A DNA stretch of 64,000 bases from NCBI GenBank assembly GCA_963783305.1, contig CAWAMW010000016.1, positions 512,001 through 576,000 of the forward strand. Direction: 5' to 3'. Under the pieces are notes generated by a model. It was not told the origin of the DNA, ran no database searches, and was given only the letters and a program-made list of their open reading frames with translations. This DNA comes from an uncultured Gemmatimonadales bacterium. Lineage in GTDB: Bacteria; Gemmatimonadota; Gemmatimonadetes; Longimicrobiales; RSA9. Positions 42,026 through 51,072 of the stretch are shown in pieces (position 1 is the stretch's first letter; the number at the start of each line of letters is the position of its first letter). The translations under genes were made by a program, and so were the position numbers.

Positions 42026-43370
42026 TCATCGTCTCCTCACCGACGATCGGCTCCGGCACCTCGCCCAGCGGACGCGTGCCGCCGCGCGAGATCAGGAAGG
42101 CGCCGAACCCGATCGTGAACGCGGCCCAGGTCAGCATCACCGCCATGAAGGTCAGCAGCCCCTGGAGGAAGCCGAGCCATGGCCCCGCCATGCTGACGAA
42201 ATGTGCCGCCAGGTACAGCACTACCAGCAGACCGACACCCGTCACCACGTAGTAGTAGGAGTTCGCACGCGTGAACCAGTCATCCCCCGTGAACCGCCGC
42301 TCCGCCAGCGCCTCGCCGGCGCCGTGCGCCACGGCCAGGTAGCCCCCGATCGCCGCCAGCACCACGGCCACCGGGAAGAGCGGCGCGAACACCAGGATCA
42401 GCGGGATCCCGACGATCGAGATCGCCAGGGCCAGCAGTCCCAGGATGTACGCAGGCAGTACCAGGAATGAGCCGGCCAGCCCCACGAGCCCGGAGCGCAG
42501 CGTCTGGTGTCGCGCCGTGTCGGCGATCCCCTCGAGATAGCTCCGGCCGAAGAACACGGCCAGGAAGCCGAGCCCCACCAGTATCCCGTACGCCATCAGG
42601 GTAGAGAACACACCGCCAAGACCGCGGATGATCGGTCGCCACGGAGACGACCACTGGTCCATCCAGCTGCTCTCGTTCCTCATTTCCGACCGCAGCTCGT
42701 CCCGCATCTCCGACCGCACGCTCCGCTCCACTTCACGCCGCAGCTCGCGTAGTGCCGGGATGTTCAGGTTCTCCAAGTCCTCCAGGTTCTCCAGCTGCTC
42801 GAGCCGCTTCAGCTGGTCGAGCCCTTCCAGTGCATTCAGCGCCTCTGGATCCTCGATCAGGCGCTCCATCTCGCGGAGTCGCTCGTTCAGCCGCTGGATG
42901 CTGTCGGACGCCCCATCGAGCTCCACCGGCGCGGCGGTGGGCGCAGGCGCCTGATCCCGCGCATTCCGAACCGCCGCCTCCAGCTCGCGGTCCAGGCGGC
43001 GAGCCACCGCCGACCCGCCCGACGGCGGCTCCCAGTCCACCAGCAGGTCTGGCAGCGCTGCGGTGGGCGCGTCCATCGCTCGCTGGAGCAGGTCTCGCCA
43101 CGCGCTGTCGAGAGCGTCCCGCCTCTCGTACGTGCCGATTCTCTCGCCGTTCAGCCGGACCGCGCCCTCGTCATCCAGGGTGAGCGTGAGCCGCTTCCCT
43201 GCCGCGAGCTCGAGCTCCATCTGAGCACCCTCGCTCGAAACCGCGATGTCGCTGGACAGGATCGGTGTGACCGGTGCGGCCGGTGCCTCCTGCGCGCCCA
43301 CGGGCGTCGCGAGGACCGTCGCGGCGATCAGGATCGGGACCAGACAGGTATCAAAAGACATACGTCGCAT
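42018..43370 (-). CDS. Membrane protein: signal peptide, coiled coil, C-terminal multi-TM domain
   Basis: LAISIVGIPL TM block of the type found downstream of ECF anti-sigma genes. Confidence 0.7.
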   Translation of the reverse strand: MRRMSFDTCLVPILIAATVLATPVGAQEAPAAPVTPILSSDIAVSSEGAQMELELAAGKRLTLTLDDEGAVRLNGERIGTYERRDALDSAWRDLLQRAMDAPTAALPDLLVDWEPPSGGSAVARRLDRELEAAVRNARDQAPAPTAAPVELDGASDSIQRLNERLREMERLIEDPEALNALEGLDQLKRLEQLENLEDLENLNIPALRELRREVERSVRSEMRDELRSEMRNESSWMDQWSSPWRPIIRGLGGVFSTLMAYGILVGLGFLAVFFGRSYLEGIADTARHQTLRSGLVGLAGSFLVLPAYILGLLALAISIVGIPLILVFAPLFPVAVVLAAIGGYLAVAHGAGEALAERRFTGDDWFTRANSYYYVVTGVGLLVVLYLAAHFVSMAGPWLGFLQGLLTFMAVMLTWAAFTIGFGAFLISRGGTRPLGEVPEPIVGEETMNV

Positions 43371-43995
43371 GTTCGGTTCTCCGCGATTCCGAGCGGAACA
43401 GGTTCTGATAGAGCACATATGTGGAGCCTGCTGTGATCGTGGCGAAGAGGACCGCCGCCAGGCCGATCTCTCCTCGTCCCACCGTCTGCACCAATGCCGC
43501 GGCCTGCGTCAGCCACGCCGCCAGCGAAGTGCCGGCGAACTCCGCCCACGCCCACTGCCAGCCGCTGCTCGCGGCCCGACCCACCAGGTCGCTGGACAGC
43601 GACCAGAGGCCCTGCGGTGTCACACCCGGCTGCGACATCACCCACGAGACGAGCAGGGTGGCCCCGACGACAGGTAGTGCGAGCAGCGCCGCTGCCGCCG
43701 CCCAGCCGCGGGTGGTGTGCGGAGTTACCCGCTCGACCCAGGCTGTGGCCCCGGCGAACGCTTCTCGCCGCACCCGCACCTGCGCCATCACGCTGTCTGC
43801 GAATGCCACCGAAGGCGCGAACTGCTGTAGAGTGGAGAGGGCTCCGAACAGCGAGCTCAGCTCCTCCACCTCCACACGGCAGTCGGGGCACGAAGTGACG
43901 TGCGCTTCCACCACGCGCCGCTGCCCTTCGTCGAGAGCATTCTCGACAAACGACTCCAGCCGCTCCGGGGTGGGATGATTCAGCATGTCGTTCAC
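43351..43995 (-). CDS. zf-HC2 transmembrane anti-sigma factor
   Basis: H...HVTSCPDC (HxxxCxxC), FADSVMAQV, TM helices; follows the ECF sigma gene. Confidence 0.88.
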   Translation of the reverse strand: MNDMLNHPTPERLESFVENALDEGQRRVVEAHVTSCPDCRVEVEELSSLFGALSTLQQFAPSVAFADSVMAQVRVRREAFAGATAWVERVTPHTTRGWAAAAALLALPVVGATLLVSWVMSQPGVTPQGLWSLSSDLVGRAASSGWQWAWAEFAGTSLAAWLTQAAALVQTVGRGEIGLAAVLFATITAGSTYVLYQNLFRSESRRTEHATYVF

Positions 43996-44029
43996 TTCCG
44001 TCGCTCCAGTCCTCGTGTCCGTCGTACCC

Positions 44030-44056
44030 TACGGGGGCACGCCCGTGAGAGTTTCA
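44030..44056 (-). promoter_or_regulatory. Internal ECF-sigma promoter for the anti-sigma operon
   Basis: TGAAAC-N17-CGTA(GGG); the -35 uses the TGA stop codon of the sigma gene. Confidence 0.7.
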
Positions 44057-44644
44057 CGTTCTCAGATGCTGCAGATTTTCGCGTAATTCGTTGCGCCCGC
44101 AATGGATATAGGTCTTCACCGTACCGAGGGGCAGGTCCATGATCTCGGCGATCTCGTCGTAGGGCCGCCCTTCCACGTGCCAAAGCAGGATTGCCTCCCT
44201 GTACTGGGGCCTCAGCTGTGCGATCGCCGCCTCGATTTCCGTCCCGATTTCCTGGCTTTGAGCGTACTGCTCCGGGTCCAGCCCCGTACTGGCAGGCGTG
44301 AACGAGGTGGCTTCCGCCTGCTCCTGCGTGCGCGCGTGCGGAGAGCCGTCCAGCGACAGGGTGTTCACCTCCTTCTTCCGGAGGTGATCGATCGTCGTAT
44401 TGTGCGCGATCTTGAAAATCCAGCTGCTGAACTTGTACGAAGGGTCGTAGCGGTCGAGGGCGTTCAGCACCTTCACGAACGTGTCCTGGGCGAGGTCTTC
44501 GGACAACTCGCGGTCGCGGACCATGCGGTAGATGACGCTGAAGACCGGTCGCTCGTAGCGGCGGATCAGCTCCCGGAACGCCGATTCACGCCCTGCACGG
44601 GCGTGCTCGATGACGTCCTTGTCGGACAGCTGCGCGTAATCCAC
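44054..44644 (-). CDS. ECF RNA polymerase sigma factor (SigW-like)
   Basis: EDLAQDTFVK, KFSSWIFKIAHNTTIDHLRK, YDEIAEIMDLPLGTVKT; GTG start with CAGGAG RBS. Confidence 0.93.
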   Translation of the reverse strand: MDYAQLSDKDVIEHARAGRESAFRELIRRYERPVFSVIYRMVRDRELSEDLAQDTFVKVLNALDRYDPSYKFSSWIFKIAHNTTIDHLRKKEVNTLSLDGSPHARTQEQAEATSFTPASTGLDPEQYAQSQEIGTEIEAAIAQLRPQYREAILLWHVEGRPYDEIAEIMDLPLGTVKTYIHCGRNELRENLQHLRT

Positions 44645-44679
44645 CGTCTCCTGCGGTTCATTCGGGCCCCGTCCATCCC

Positions 44680-44706
44680 TACGCGGATCGCGGGCGGTCG
44701 GTTTCA
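44680..44706 (-). promoter_or_regulatory. Autoregulatory ECF-sigma promoter
   Basis: TGAAAC-N17-CGTA(GGG) 35 nt upstream of the sigma start. Confidence 0.75.
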
Positions 44707-44896
44707 GCGCGCGTGCCCGAAGACCCTGGGGGGGCGTACCTTCGGCGGCACGGGCAATCCTCCAATGTATGATGGCGGTCGCGAGCGCGCGACGCTGACG
44801 CGCGGAGTGGGCGCGGGGGTGCGGGGGCGCGGTGGTGTCGGTGTTGCAGGGGACGAAGGACTCGACAGGGGTCCAGGACGAGGAACGGGTGAACGG

Positions 44897-45379
44897 ATGC
44901 GAATCGGGCTGATCAGCGACACACATGGCCGTCTCAGGAACGAGGTGTACGATCTGTTCGACGGCGTGGAGCACATCCTCCATGCCGGCGATGTAGGTCC
45001 CCCGGATCTCCTGGTGGAGCTCGAGGCCATCGCGCCGGTCACGGCGGTGTACGGAAACACGGATGGGTTCCCGCTGCGGGAGCGCACGACCAATGTGGCG
45101 GTCCTCGATCTGGATGGGCATCGGGTGGTGGTGCTGCACGGGGACAAGCTCGGATCGCCCACACCCGAGCGGCTCCGGCTGTCACACCCGGACGCGCGGG
45201 TGATCGTATACGGCCACACACACCGCCCGCTCGTGGATGAGACGGAGGGCATCCTGGTGGTCAATCCGGGCTCCGCGGGAGCGGCCCGGTTCGGCATTCC
45301 TCCGTCGGTCGGCATCCTGACGCTCGGCGACGTCGTGAGCGTGGAGCTGCTGCAGCTGCCGGGTTCGCCCGGTCAGTAG
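44897..45379 (+). CDS. YfcE/MJ0936-family metallophosphoesterase
   Basis: ISDTHG, HAGD, GNTD, HG, GHTH, NPGS. Confidence 0.92.
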   Translation: MRIGLISDTHGRLRNEVYDLFDGVEHILHAGDVGPPDLLVELEAIAPVTAVYGNTDGFPLRERTTNVAVLDLDGHRVVVLHGDKLGSPTPERLRLSHPDARVIVYGHTHRPLVDETEGILVVNPGSAGAARFGIPPSVGILTLGDVVSVELLQLPGSPGQ

Positions 45380-45831
45380 GCGTGGTCTTCCAGGTCGGGC
45401 TCGCGAGCGAGCTCCAGCAGCGCCGACCGTGGATCTTCGCATTCCTCGAGCCGTGACCGCAGCCGTCTGAAGGTCTGGCGCAGGCGCCGCTCGCGCTCGG
45501 CCATGGCCGGCTCCGGTGGCGCGTCGACCCACTCCGGCTCCGTGGCATCGGACGCCTCCACGTCCGGGCTGGCGCTCGTGAGGGGGCGTACGCTCAGGCC
45601 GTCGAGGACGAGCGCCAGGCCGTATGCCGGCTCCAGGCGCTCTTCGCGGGCGATGTCATACGCCTGCTCGGCCAGGGGCCGCTCCAGTCCGCGGTCTTCG
45701 GCCTCGTCGACGAGCCGCTCCCGGCGCTGCTCCTCCGCTCCGCCGAGTGCTTCGACGGTCCGGAGCAGCTCGTCCACCCGCGCCCCGGCCCTGGCGGCCT
45801 CTTCGTCCTGGCTGTCTTGATGATTTCTCAT
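45373..45831 (-). CDS. Acidic hypothetical protein
   Basis: About 152-aa ORF filling the gap, preceded by a sigma54-type site. Confidence 0.6.
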   Translation of the reverse strand: MRNHQDSQDEEAARAGARVDELLRTVEALGGAEEQRRERLVDEAEDRGLERPLAEQAYDIAREERLEPAYGLALVLDGLSVRPLTSASPDVEASDATEPEWVDAPPEPAMAERERRLRQTFRRLRSRLEECEDPRSALLELAREPDLEDHAY

Positions 45832-45844
45832 GGCCGCCGTCCGG

Positions 45845-45860
45845 TGCAAGCGGCGTACCT
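45845..45860 (-). promoter_or_regulatory. Putative sigma54 promoter
   Basis: AGGTAC-GCCGC-TTGCA (GG-N10-GC) just upstream of ATG 45831. Confidence 0.55.
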
Positions 45861-45874
45861 TCCACGGACGGATC

Positions 45875-46969
45875 TCACGGAGCCGTGAGCCGCCGGGCCT
45901 CCCCCGGGTTACGTCGGAACCAGCGCTCGACGAGCAGCATTTCGGCGATCCCATCGTGGCCGATTCGAGGCTCGGGAGCGGGAGGGGTGCGGAGGATCTG
46001 ATCCACCCTTCGGCTGAGCTCCCTCCGCTCCAGGCGGTTTTGTGGCGGCGGCAGCTCGGCCATCACGAGACCGCGTTGCAGGACGTAGATCCGGTCCTCC
46101 CCGCCGTGGCCGGGAACGGTGTAGAGCGCAGAGAGTCGGTCCAGCGCGCGGTCCATCCGGACGAGCGAGGACCGCAGGCTTCGGAGCGCCTCCATCCTCT
46201 CGAGGACGACGGCCGCATACTCGAACAGCCAACGCTCCATCGCACGATCCAGGTGCCGCTGCAACCGGATCAGCGGCTCGTTGCTCTCCCCGCGCAGGAA
46301 CGAGCGCGCCGTTTCCAGCCGCTGTGCGTATTCCCGCTCCGTACAGCCGCCCGCGCAGGGCGCCACGCACCGATGGAACTCCGCCCGTGCGCAGAGCGGG
46401 ACGTACTCCGAGCCGAACAGCTCCGTCTGGTCCGCAAACCGCATGGGCGTGGTCCCGGGGCAGTCCCTGAGCTGGAGCGCGTCTGTCAGCACCCGCACGG
46501 CCTCCCGGACCCGCTCCGCCCCCAGCAGCGGCCCGAAGTACTCGGAGCCGTCATCGACCGGTCTCGTCGTAGCGAGAATCCGCGCTGCCGGCTCCTTCGG
46601 CACCCGAACGAAACAGACCGCCCGCTCCTTCTTGTGCTGGACGTTGAACGGAGGTCGTATCCGGCGGATCTGTCGGAACTCGCCCAGCAGCGCCGAGAAC
46701 TCGTTCGCGTGGTCGTCCCACTCCACCCGCTCCGTGAAGCCCAGGATCTCCGCGGCCTTCTCGCTCGGGTCCGCACGGAAGTAGCTCAACAGCCGACTGC
46801 GCACGCGGATCGACTTCCCGACGTACAGCACCTGCCCCCCGGGCCCCAGCATCCGGTACACGCCCGGCCGGTTCTCCGCATGCGACCGTACGTGCTCCCG
46901 GAGCGCCGGATCCGGTGCGGGGGCGGCGCGAACGGGCGCGGTGTGTGGTTTCGCGTGGGTGGAGTTCAT
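45875..46969 (-). CDS. Cho/UvrC-like GIY-YIG endonuclease (short form)
   Basis: PGVYRM..LYVGKS..RLLSYF, PPFN, Cys cluster LRDC..C..CVAPC, UVR-like FEYAA; no RNaseH or HhH domain. Confidence 0.85.
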   Translation of the reverse strand: MNSTHAKPHTAPVRAAPAPDPALREHVRSHAENRPGVYRMLGPGGQVLYVGKSIRVRSRLLSYFRADPSEKAAEILGFTERVEWDDHANEFSALLGEFRQIRRIRPPFNVQHKKERAVCFVRVPKEPAARILATTRPVDDGSEYFGPLLGAERVREAVRVLTDALQLRDCPGTTPMRFADQTELFGSEYVPLCARAEFHRCVAPCAGGCTEREYAQRLETARSFLRGESNEPLIRLQRHLDRAMERWLFEYAAVVLERMEALRSLRSSLVRMDRALDRLSALYTVPGHGGEDRIYVLQRGLVMAELPPPQNRLERRELSRRVDQILRTPPAPEPRIGHDGIAEMLLVERWFRRNPGEARRLTAP

Positions 46970-46988
46970 GGCGTCTGAAGTTTCAACT

Positions 46989-47004
46989 TTCGGCCTTTGT
47001 TCGG
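46989..47004. promoter_or_regulatory. Candidate SOS/LexA operator
   Basis: TTCGGCCTTTGTTCGG, 14/16 identical to the box at the recA promoter; overlaps a TTGCCG -35 on the minus strand. Confidence 0.6.
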
Positions 47005-47094
47005 CAAGGGCCGTGGGCGCGGGGGTCGCGCGCCACGGGAGGGTCCCCCTATCATCCAGCCGTTCCCGACCGGAGTCACTCGTACGAATCGCCT

Positions 47095-48279
47095 GTGCCT
47101 GCTCCCACACCGCTCAACGGTCTGCGCGTCCTGGATCTGTGCCAGAACCTGGCGGGGCCCTATGCCACCCAGATCCTGGCCGACTTCGGCGCGGACGTCA
47201 TCAAGGTGGAGCCGCCCGGCGGCGACCCGGCGCGGCTGTGGGGCCCGCCGTTCATGGATGGAGAGAGCCCGCTGTACCTGTGCGCGAATCGGAACAAGCG
47301 GAGCGTGGTACTGGACCTCCAGGCGGAGGCGGGGCGAGAGGCGCTGCGGCGGCTCGCGCGGCGGTCGCACGTGTTTGCGCAGGCGTTCCGGTCCGGAGTG
47401 ATGGAGCGGCTGGGGTTCGGGTACGAGGAGGTGCGAGCGCTCCGTCCGGATGTCATCTACGTGTCCGTGACCGCGTTCGGCACCGCGGGTCCGCTCCGCG
47501 AGCATCCCGGCTACGACCCGCTCATGCAGGCGTACGCGGGGCTGATGTCGGTCACGGGTCACGAGGGCGCGCCGCCGGCGCGGGTCGGGACGTCTCTGGT
47601 GGACATGGGGACGGGGCTGTGGACGGCGATGGCGGTCCTCGCCGAGGCGGGGCGCCGGGGCTGGTCCGGGGGTCGGAGTGCGGGTGTGGAGGCCGAGGCT
47701 GAGGCCGTGCACATTACGACATCGCTCCTGGACACGTCGCTGGCCTGGATGGCGTATCACCTCCAGGGGCACCTGGCGACGGGCCGGGTGCCGGGCCCGA
47801 GCGGATCGGGGCTGGGCATGATCGCGCCGTACGAGGCGTTCCCAGCGGCGGACGGGAACGTGATGATCGCGGCCGCCAACGACGGTCTTTTCCGCCGACT
47901 TTGCGGCGCACTGGACCTCGCGCAACTGGCGGAGGATCCCCGGTTTGCCGCGAACGCCGATCGCGTGGCGCACCGGGAGGGGCTGGTGGCCGTTCTCACG
48001 GAGCGGACGCGGCGTCTCGATTCCGCCGAGCTGGTGAGGCGGCTGCGGCAGGCGGGGGTGCCGTGCGCGCCGATCCAGGACGTGGGGCAGGTCGTCCGTG
48101 ATGAGCAGGTGGCGGCCTCGGGGATGCTGCGGCGTGTGGCGGAGAGGGAGGCGTACGTAGATGTGGCGCTACCCGTGCGCTGGGACGGCGAACGGGCCGA
48201 CGCCCGTCGGGCTCCTCCTGCCGCGGGAGCGGACACGGCGGAGGTGCTGGCCGAGATTGGAATGACGGAGGGGTCGTGA
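47095..48279 (+). CDS. CaiB/BaiF family III CoA-transferase
   Basis: GLRVLD, LAGP, GADVIKVEPPGGD, NRNKRS, GYD. Confidence 0.92.
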   Translation: MPAPTPLNGLRVLDLCQNLAGPYATQILADFGADVIKVEPPGGDPARLWGPPFMDGESPLYLCANRNKRSVVLDLQAEAGREALRRLARRSHVFAQAFRSGVMERLGFGYEEVRALRPDVIYVSVTAFGTAGPLREHPGYDPLMQAYAGLMSVTGHEGAPPARVGTSLVDMGTGLWTAMAVLAEAGRRGWSGGRSAGVEAEAEAVHITTSLLDTSLAWMAYHLQGHLATGRVPGPSGSGLGMIAPYEAFPAADGNVMIAAANDGLFRRLCGALDLAQLAEDPRFAANADRVAHREGLVAVLTERTRRLDSAELVRRLRQAGVPCAPIQDVGQVVRDEQVAASGMLRRVAEREAYVDVALPVRWDGERADARRAPPAAGADTAEVLAEIGMTEGS

Positions 48280-48809
48280 GGATCGTAGGCGGAAAATGGG
48301 CGGGCAGGGACCTGGTCTCACCGGGGGGGAGGGTGCGCCCCACTGCCGAAGACCTGCGCGTCCGCTGGATGGATCTCATCGAGGAACACCTGGAGGGGGC
48401 CCGTGTCCTCGACCTGTACGCGGGAACCGGTGCCCTCGGCATCGAGGCACTGTCCCGCGGGGCCCGCTCCGTGGATTTCCTCGAGAACAGTCCGTCGGCG
48501 CTCCACTCGCTGAAGGCCAACGTGGCGGCCGTGAGGGTGAAGGACCGAACGCGGATCTTCAAGCGCGACGCGCTTCGCTGGGTGCAGAAGCTGGACCCCC
48601 ACTCCTACGACCTCGCCTTCGCGGACCCACCGTACGCGTCGAGGCAGTCGGACCGGCTGGTGGAAAGCTGGCAGGCGTCCCCTTTCGCTGGCGTGTTCGT
48701 GGTCGAGCACGCGGCCGACCATCGGCTGCCCCCCGGGGGGCTCACCTACACGTACGGCGACTCCGCGCTGACGCTCTACCGCGTCGACCCGGCCGGCCCG
48801 TCCAGCTGA
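48276..48809 (+). CDS. rsmD: 16S rRNA m2G966 methyltransferase
   Basis: MRIVGG, VRPT, LDLYAGTGALGIEALSRGA, DPPY. Confidence 0.92.
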   Translation: MRIVGGKWAGRDLVSPGGRVRPTAEDLRVRWMDLIEEHLEGARVLDLYAGTGALGIEALSRGARSVDFLENSPSALHSLKANVAAVRVKDRTRIFKRDALRWVQKLDPHSYDLAFADPPYASRQSDRLVESWQASPFAGVFVVEHAADHRLPPGGLTYTYGDSALTLYRVDPAGPSS

Positions 48810-48870
48810 GCCGAAACCTCCGCGGGGCCGATCAGCGCCACGCGCTCCACCCGAACCCGCTCCGGGTCCT

Positions 48871-49689
48871 TCACCGCTGGCATGCCGGACAGTAGAAGGC
48901 GCTGCGATTCGTCAGCACCGTCCGTTTCACTGGAGTGCCGCAGCGGCGGCAGGGACGGCCCGCGCGGCCATACACTTCGAGGAGCGGCTCGAACCCACCC
49001 GCCTCTCCGGAGCCGTCACGGTAATCGGAGAAGGTGGTGCCGCGGTGCTCAATGGCGCGGGCGAGGACATCACGGAGCGCGTCTCGCAGGCGACCGGCCT
49101 CGGCCCGGGTGATCCGATGGCCCCGGCGCGTGGGCCGGATCTCAGCCCGGAACAGGGCTTCGAGGGCGTAGATGTTCCCTACGCCGGCGACGCGGCGCTG
49201 GTCGAGCAGGAAATTCCGGACCGGTGTGCGGGTCGCTTTCGTGAGCGCCCAGAGTGCATCGGCGGTGAACGCGTCGGACAGGGGCTCGAGCCCGAGCTCC
49301 AGGTCCCGTGCGGCCCATGCCTCGGCGTGGTAGCGCTGGAGCAAACCGAACCGGCGGGTGTCGTCGTAGAGGAGGTTGCGGCCGTCGTCGAGCTCGAACG
49401 CCACCGCGACGTGAGCGAGCTCGCCGGCGCGGGGTGCGTCGCTGGTCACGAGCCGACCGGTCATCCCGAGGTTGACGACGAGGCGGCCGGCGTCGTCGAG
49501 GTGCAGCACGATGTTCTTCCCGCGCCGCCCCACGCCGGTGATGGTGCGACCCACGATGGAGTCCGTGAACGCGTCGGGGGGTGCGGCGAGGACGTCGTCG
49601 TGTGTGACGCGGACCTGGGTAATGCGGCGGCCGGCCAGGCGCGGATCGAGGTCGCGGGCGATGGTCTCCGCCTCGGGCAGCTCCGGCAT
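48871..49689 (-). CDS. mutM: Formamidopyrimidine-DNA glycosylase
   Basis: MPELPE, RRGK, LGMTG, AGVGNIY, C-terminal CxxC..CxxC. Confidence 0.96.
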   Translation of the reverse strand: MPELPEAETIARDLDPRLAGRRITQVRVTHDDVLAAPPDAFTDSIVGRTITGVGRRGKNIVLHLDDAGRLVVNLGMTGRLVTSDAPRAGELAHVAVAFELDDGRNLLYDDTRRFGLLQRYHAEAWAARDLELGLEPLSDAFTADALWALTKATRTPVRNFLLDQRRVAGVGNIYALEALFRAEIRPTRRGHRITRAEAGRLRDALRDVLARAIEHRGTTFSDYRDGSGEAGGFEPLLEVYGRAGRPCRRCGTPVKRTVLTNRSAFYCPACQR

Positions 49690-50972
49690 CAGCCCCCGGC
49701 TCGCTCGAGTTCGCGCCAGCCGATATCGGTGCGGTACTGGCGTCCCTCGAACGAGATCCGACCGGCGGCCGAGCGGCTCCGCTCCATGGCGGTCTCGACG
49801 TCCGGTCCAAGGCCGGTGACGGCGAGGACGCGTCCGCCGTCAGTGACGAGCTGTCCGTTCTTCCGGTGTGTGCCCGCGTGGAACACCAGGACGTCATCGG
49901 CGCGCTCGAGCCCGTCCGGGATCGTAATGACCTTGCCCTTCTCGTAGCTCCCGGGGTAACCGCCCGAAGCCAGCACGGTGGTGACGGCGGCGGCATCCTT
50001 CCAGTCGAGCTGGAGGTCGCGCACGGACGCGCCGCGGGCGATGGCCCGGAGGGGCTCCAGGAGCGACGAGTCCAGGAGCGGGAGGACGACCTGCGTCTCG
50101 GGGTCTCCGAAGCGGCAGTTGAACTCGACGACCTTTGCCCCACCGTCCGTGAGCATCAGGCCGGCGTAGAGTAGGCCGCGGAAGGGACGGTCGCGGCGGC
50201 GCATCTCGCCGAGCGTCGGGAGCAGGATGGTGTCGCGCACCTGATCGAGGAGCGCCTGGTCCACCAGGGAGACCGGGGCGTAGGCGCCCATACCCCCGGT
50301 GTTCGGGCCCGTATCCCCCTCGCCCAGCCGCTTGTGGTCCTGCGAGGGCCGGAGAAGGACGACGTCGCGCCCGTCCGTGAGGGCGAACACGCTGAGCTCC
50401 TCCCCGCTCATGCACGTCTCTACCACCACCTGCTGCCCGGCTTCTCCGAAGTCGTGCGCGCTGAGCATCCGGTCCACCGCGTGCAGCGCTTCATCCTCGC
50501 TGGTGCAGACGATGGCGCCCTTGCCGGCGGCCAGCCCGGAGGCCTTTACGACGATGGGCGCTCCACGCTCGCGGATGTACGCGCGAGCGCGCTCCACGTC
50601 GGTGAACACCTCGTACTCGGCGGTGGGGACGCCCGCCCTCCGCATCACATCCTTGGAGAACGCCTTCGACGCCTCGATCTCGGCGGCGCCGGCCGTGGGT
50701 CCGAACGCGGGGACGCCATGGGCGTGGAGCGCGTCGACGAGACCGGCCGCGAGCGGGCCCTCCGGCCCGACCACTACCAGGTCGAGGTCGCTGCCACCCG
50801 CCCAGCCGGTGATCCCGCTCACGTCCGCGGGGTCGAACGGGATGGACTTCGCGAAGGCGTGGGTCCCGCCATTTCCGCGAGTGATGAAGAACTCGGCGGA
50901 GGGCGAATCGCGATGGAGCTTCCAGAGGAGGGTGTGCTCGCGTCCGCCATTGCCGACGATCAGAATTTTCAT
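49689..50972 (-). CDS. purD: Phosphoribosylamine-glycine ligase
   Basis: GNGGREH, GLAAGKG, QDHKR, NTGGMG, EFNCRFGDPE, GGRVL. Confidence 0.97.
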   Translation of the reverse strand: MKILIVGNGGREHTLLWKLHRDSPSAEFFITRGNGGTHAFAKSIPFDPADVSGITGWAGGSDLDLVVVGPEGPLAAGLVDALHAHGVPAFGPTAGAAEIEASKAFSKDVMRRAGVPTAEYEVFTDVERARAYIRERGAPIVVKASGLAAGKGAIVCTSEDEALHAVDRMLSAHDFGEAGQQVVVETCMSGEELSVFALTDGRDVVLLRPSQDHKRLGEGDTGPNTGGMGAYAPVSLVDQALLDQVRDTILLPTLGEMRRRDRPFRGLLYAGLMLTDGGAKVVEFNCRFGDPETQVVLPLLDSSLLEPLRAIARGASVRDLQLDWKDAAAVTTVLASGGYPGSYEKGKVITIPDGLERADDVLVFHAGTHRKNGQLVTDGGRVLAVTGLGPDVETAMERSRSAAGRISFEGRQYRTDIGWRELERAGG

Positions 50973-51072
50973 GGCTCTCGGGAATCGGGGATCGGGTCCT
51001 GCCCAGATCCCGAATATAGGGGGTGCCGCTCGGGATGCACGGGGCTGCCAGCCCACCTCCCGAGCGGCGGCG

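Noticed and set aside
46960..46985. TGAAAC upstream of the Cho-like gene as an ECF promoter
   Set aside because: No CGTA at 16-17 nt spacing; that position falls inside the coding sequence
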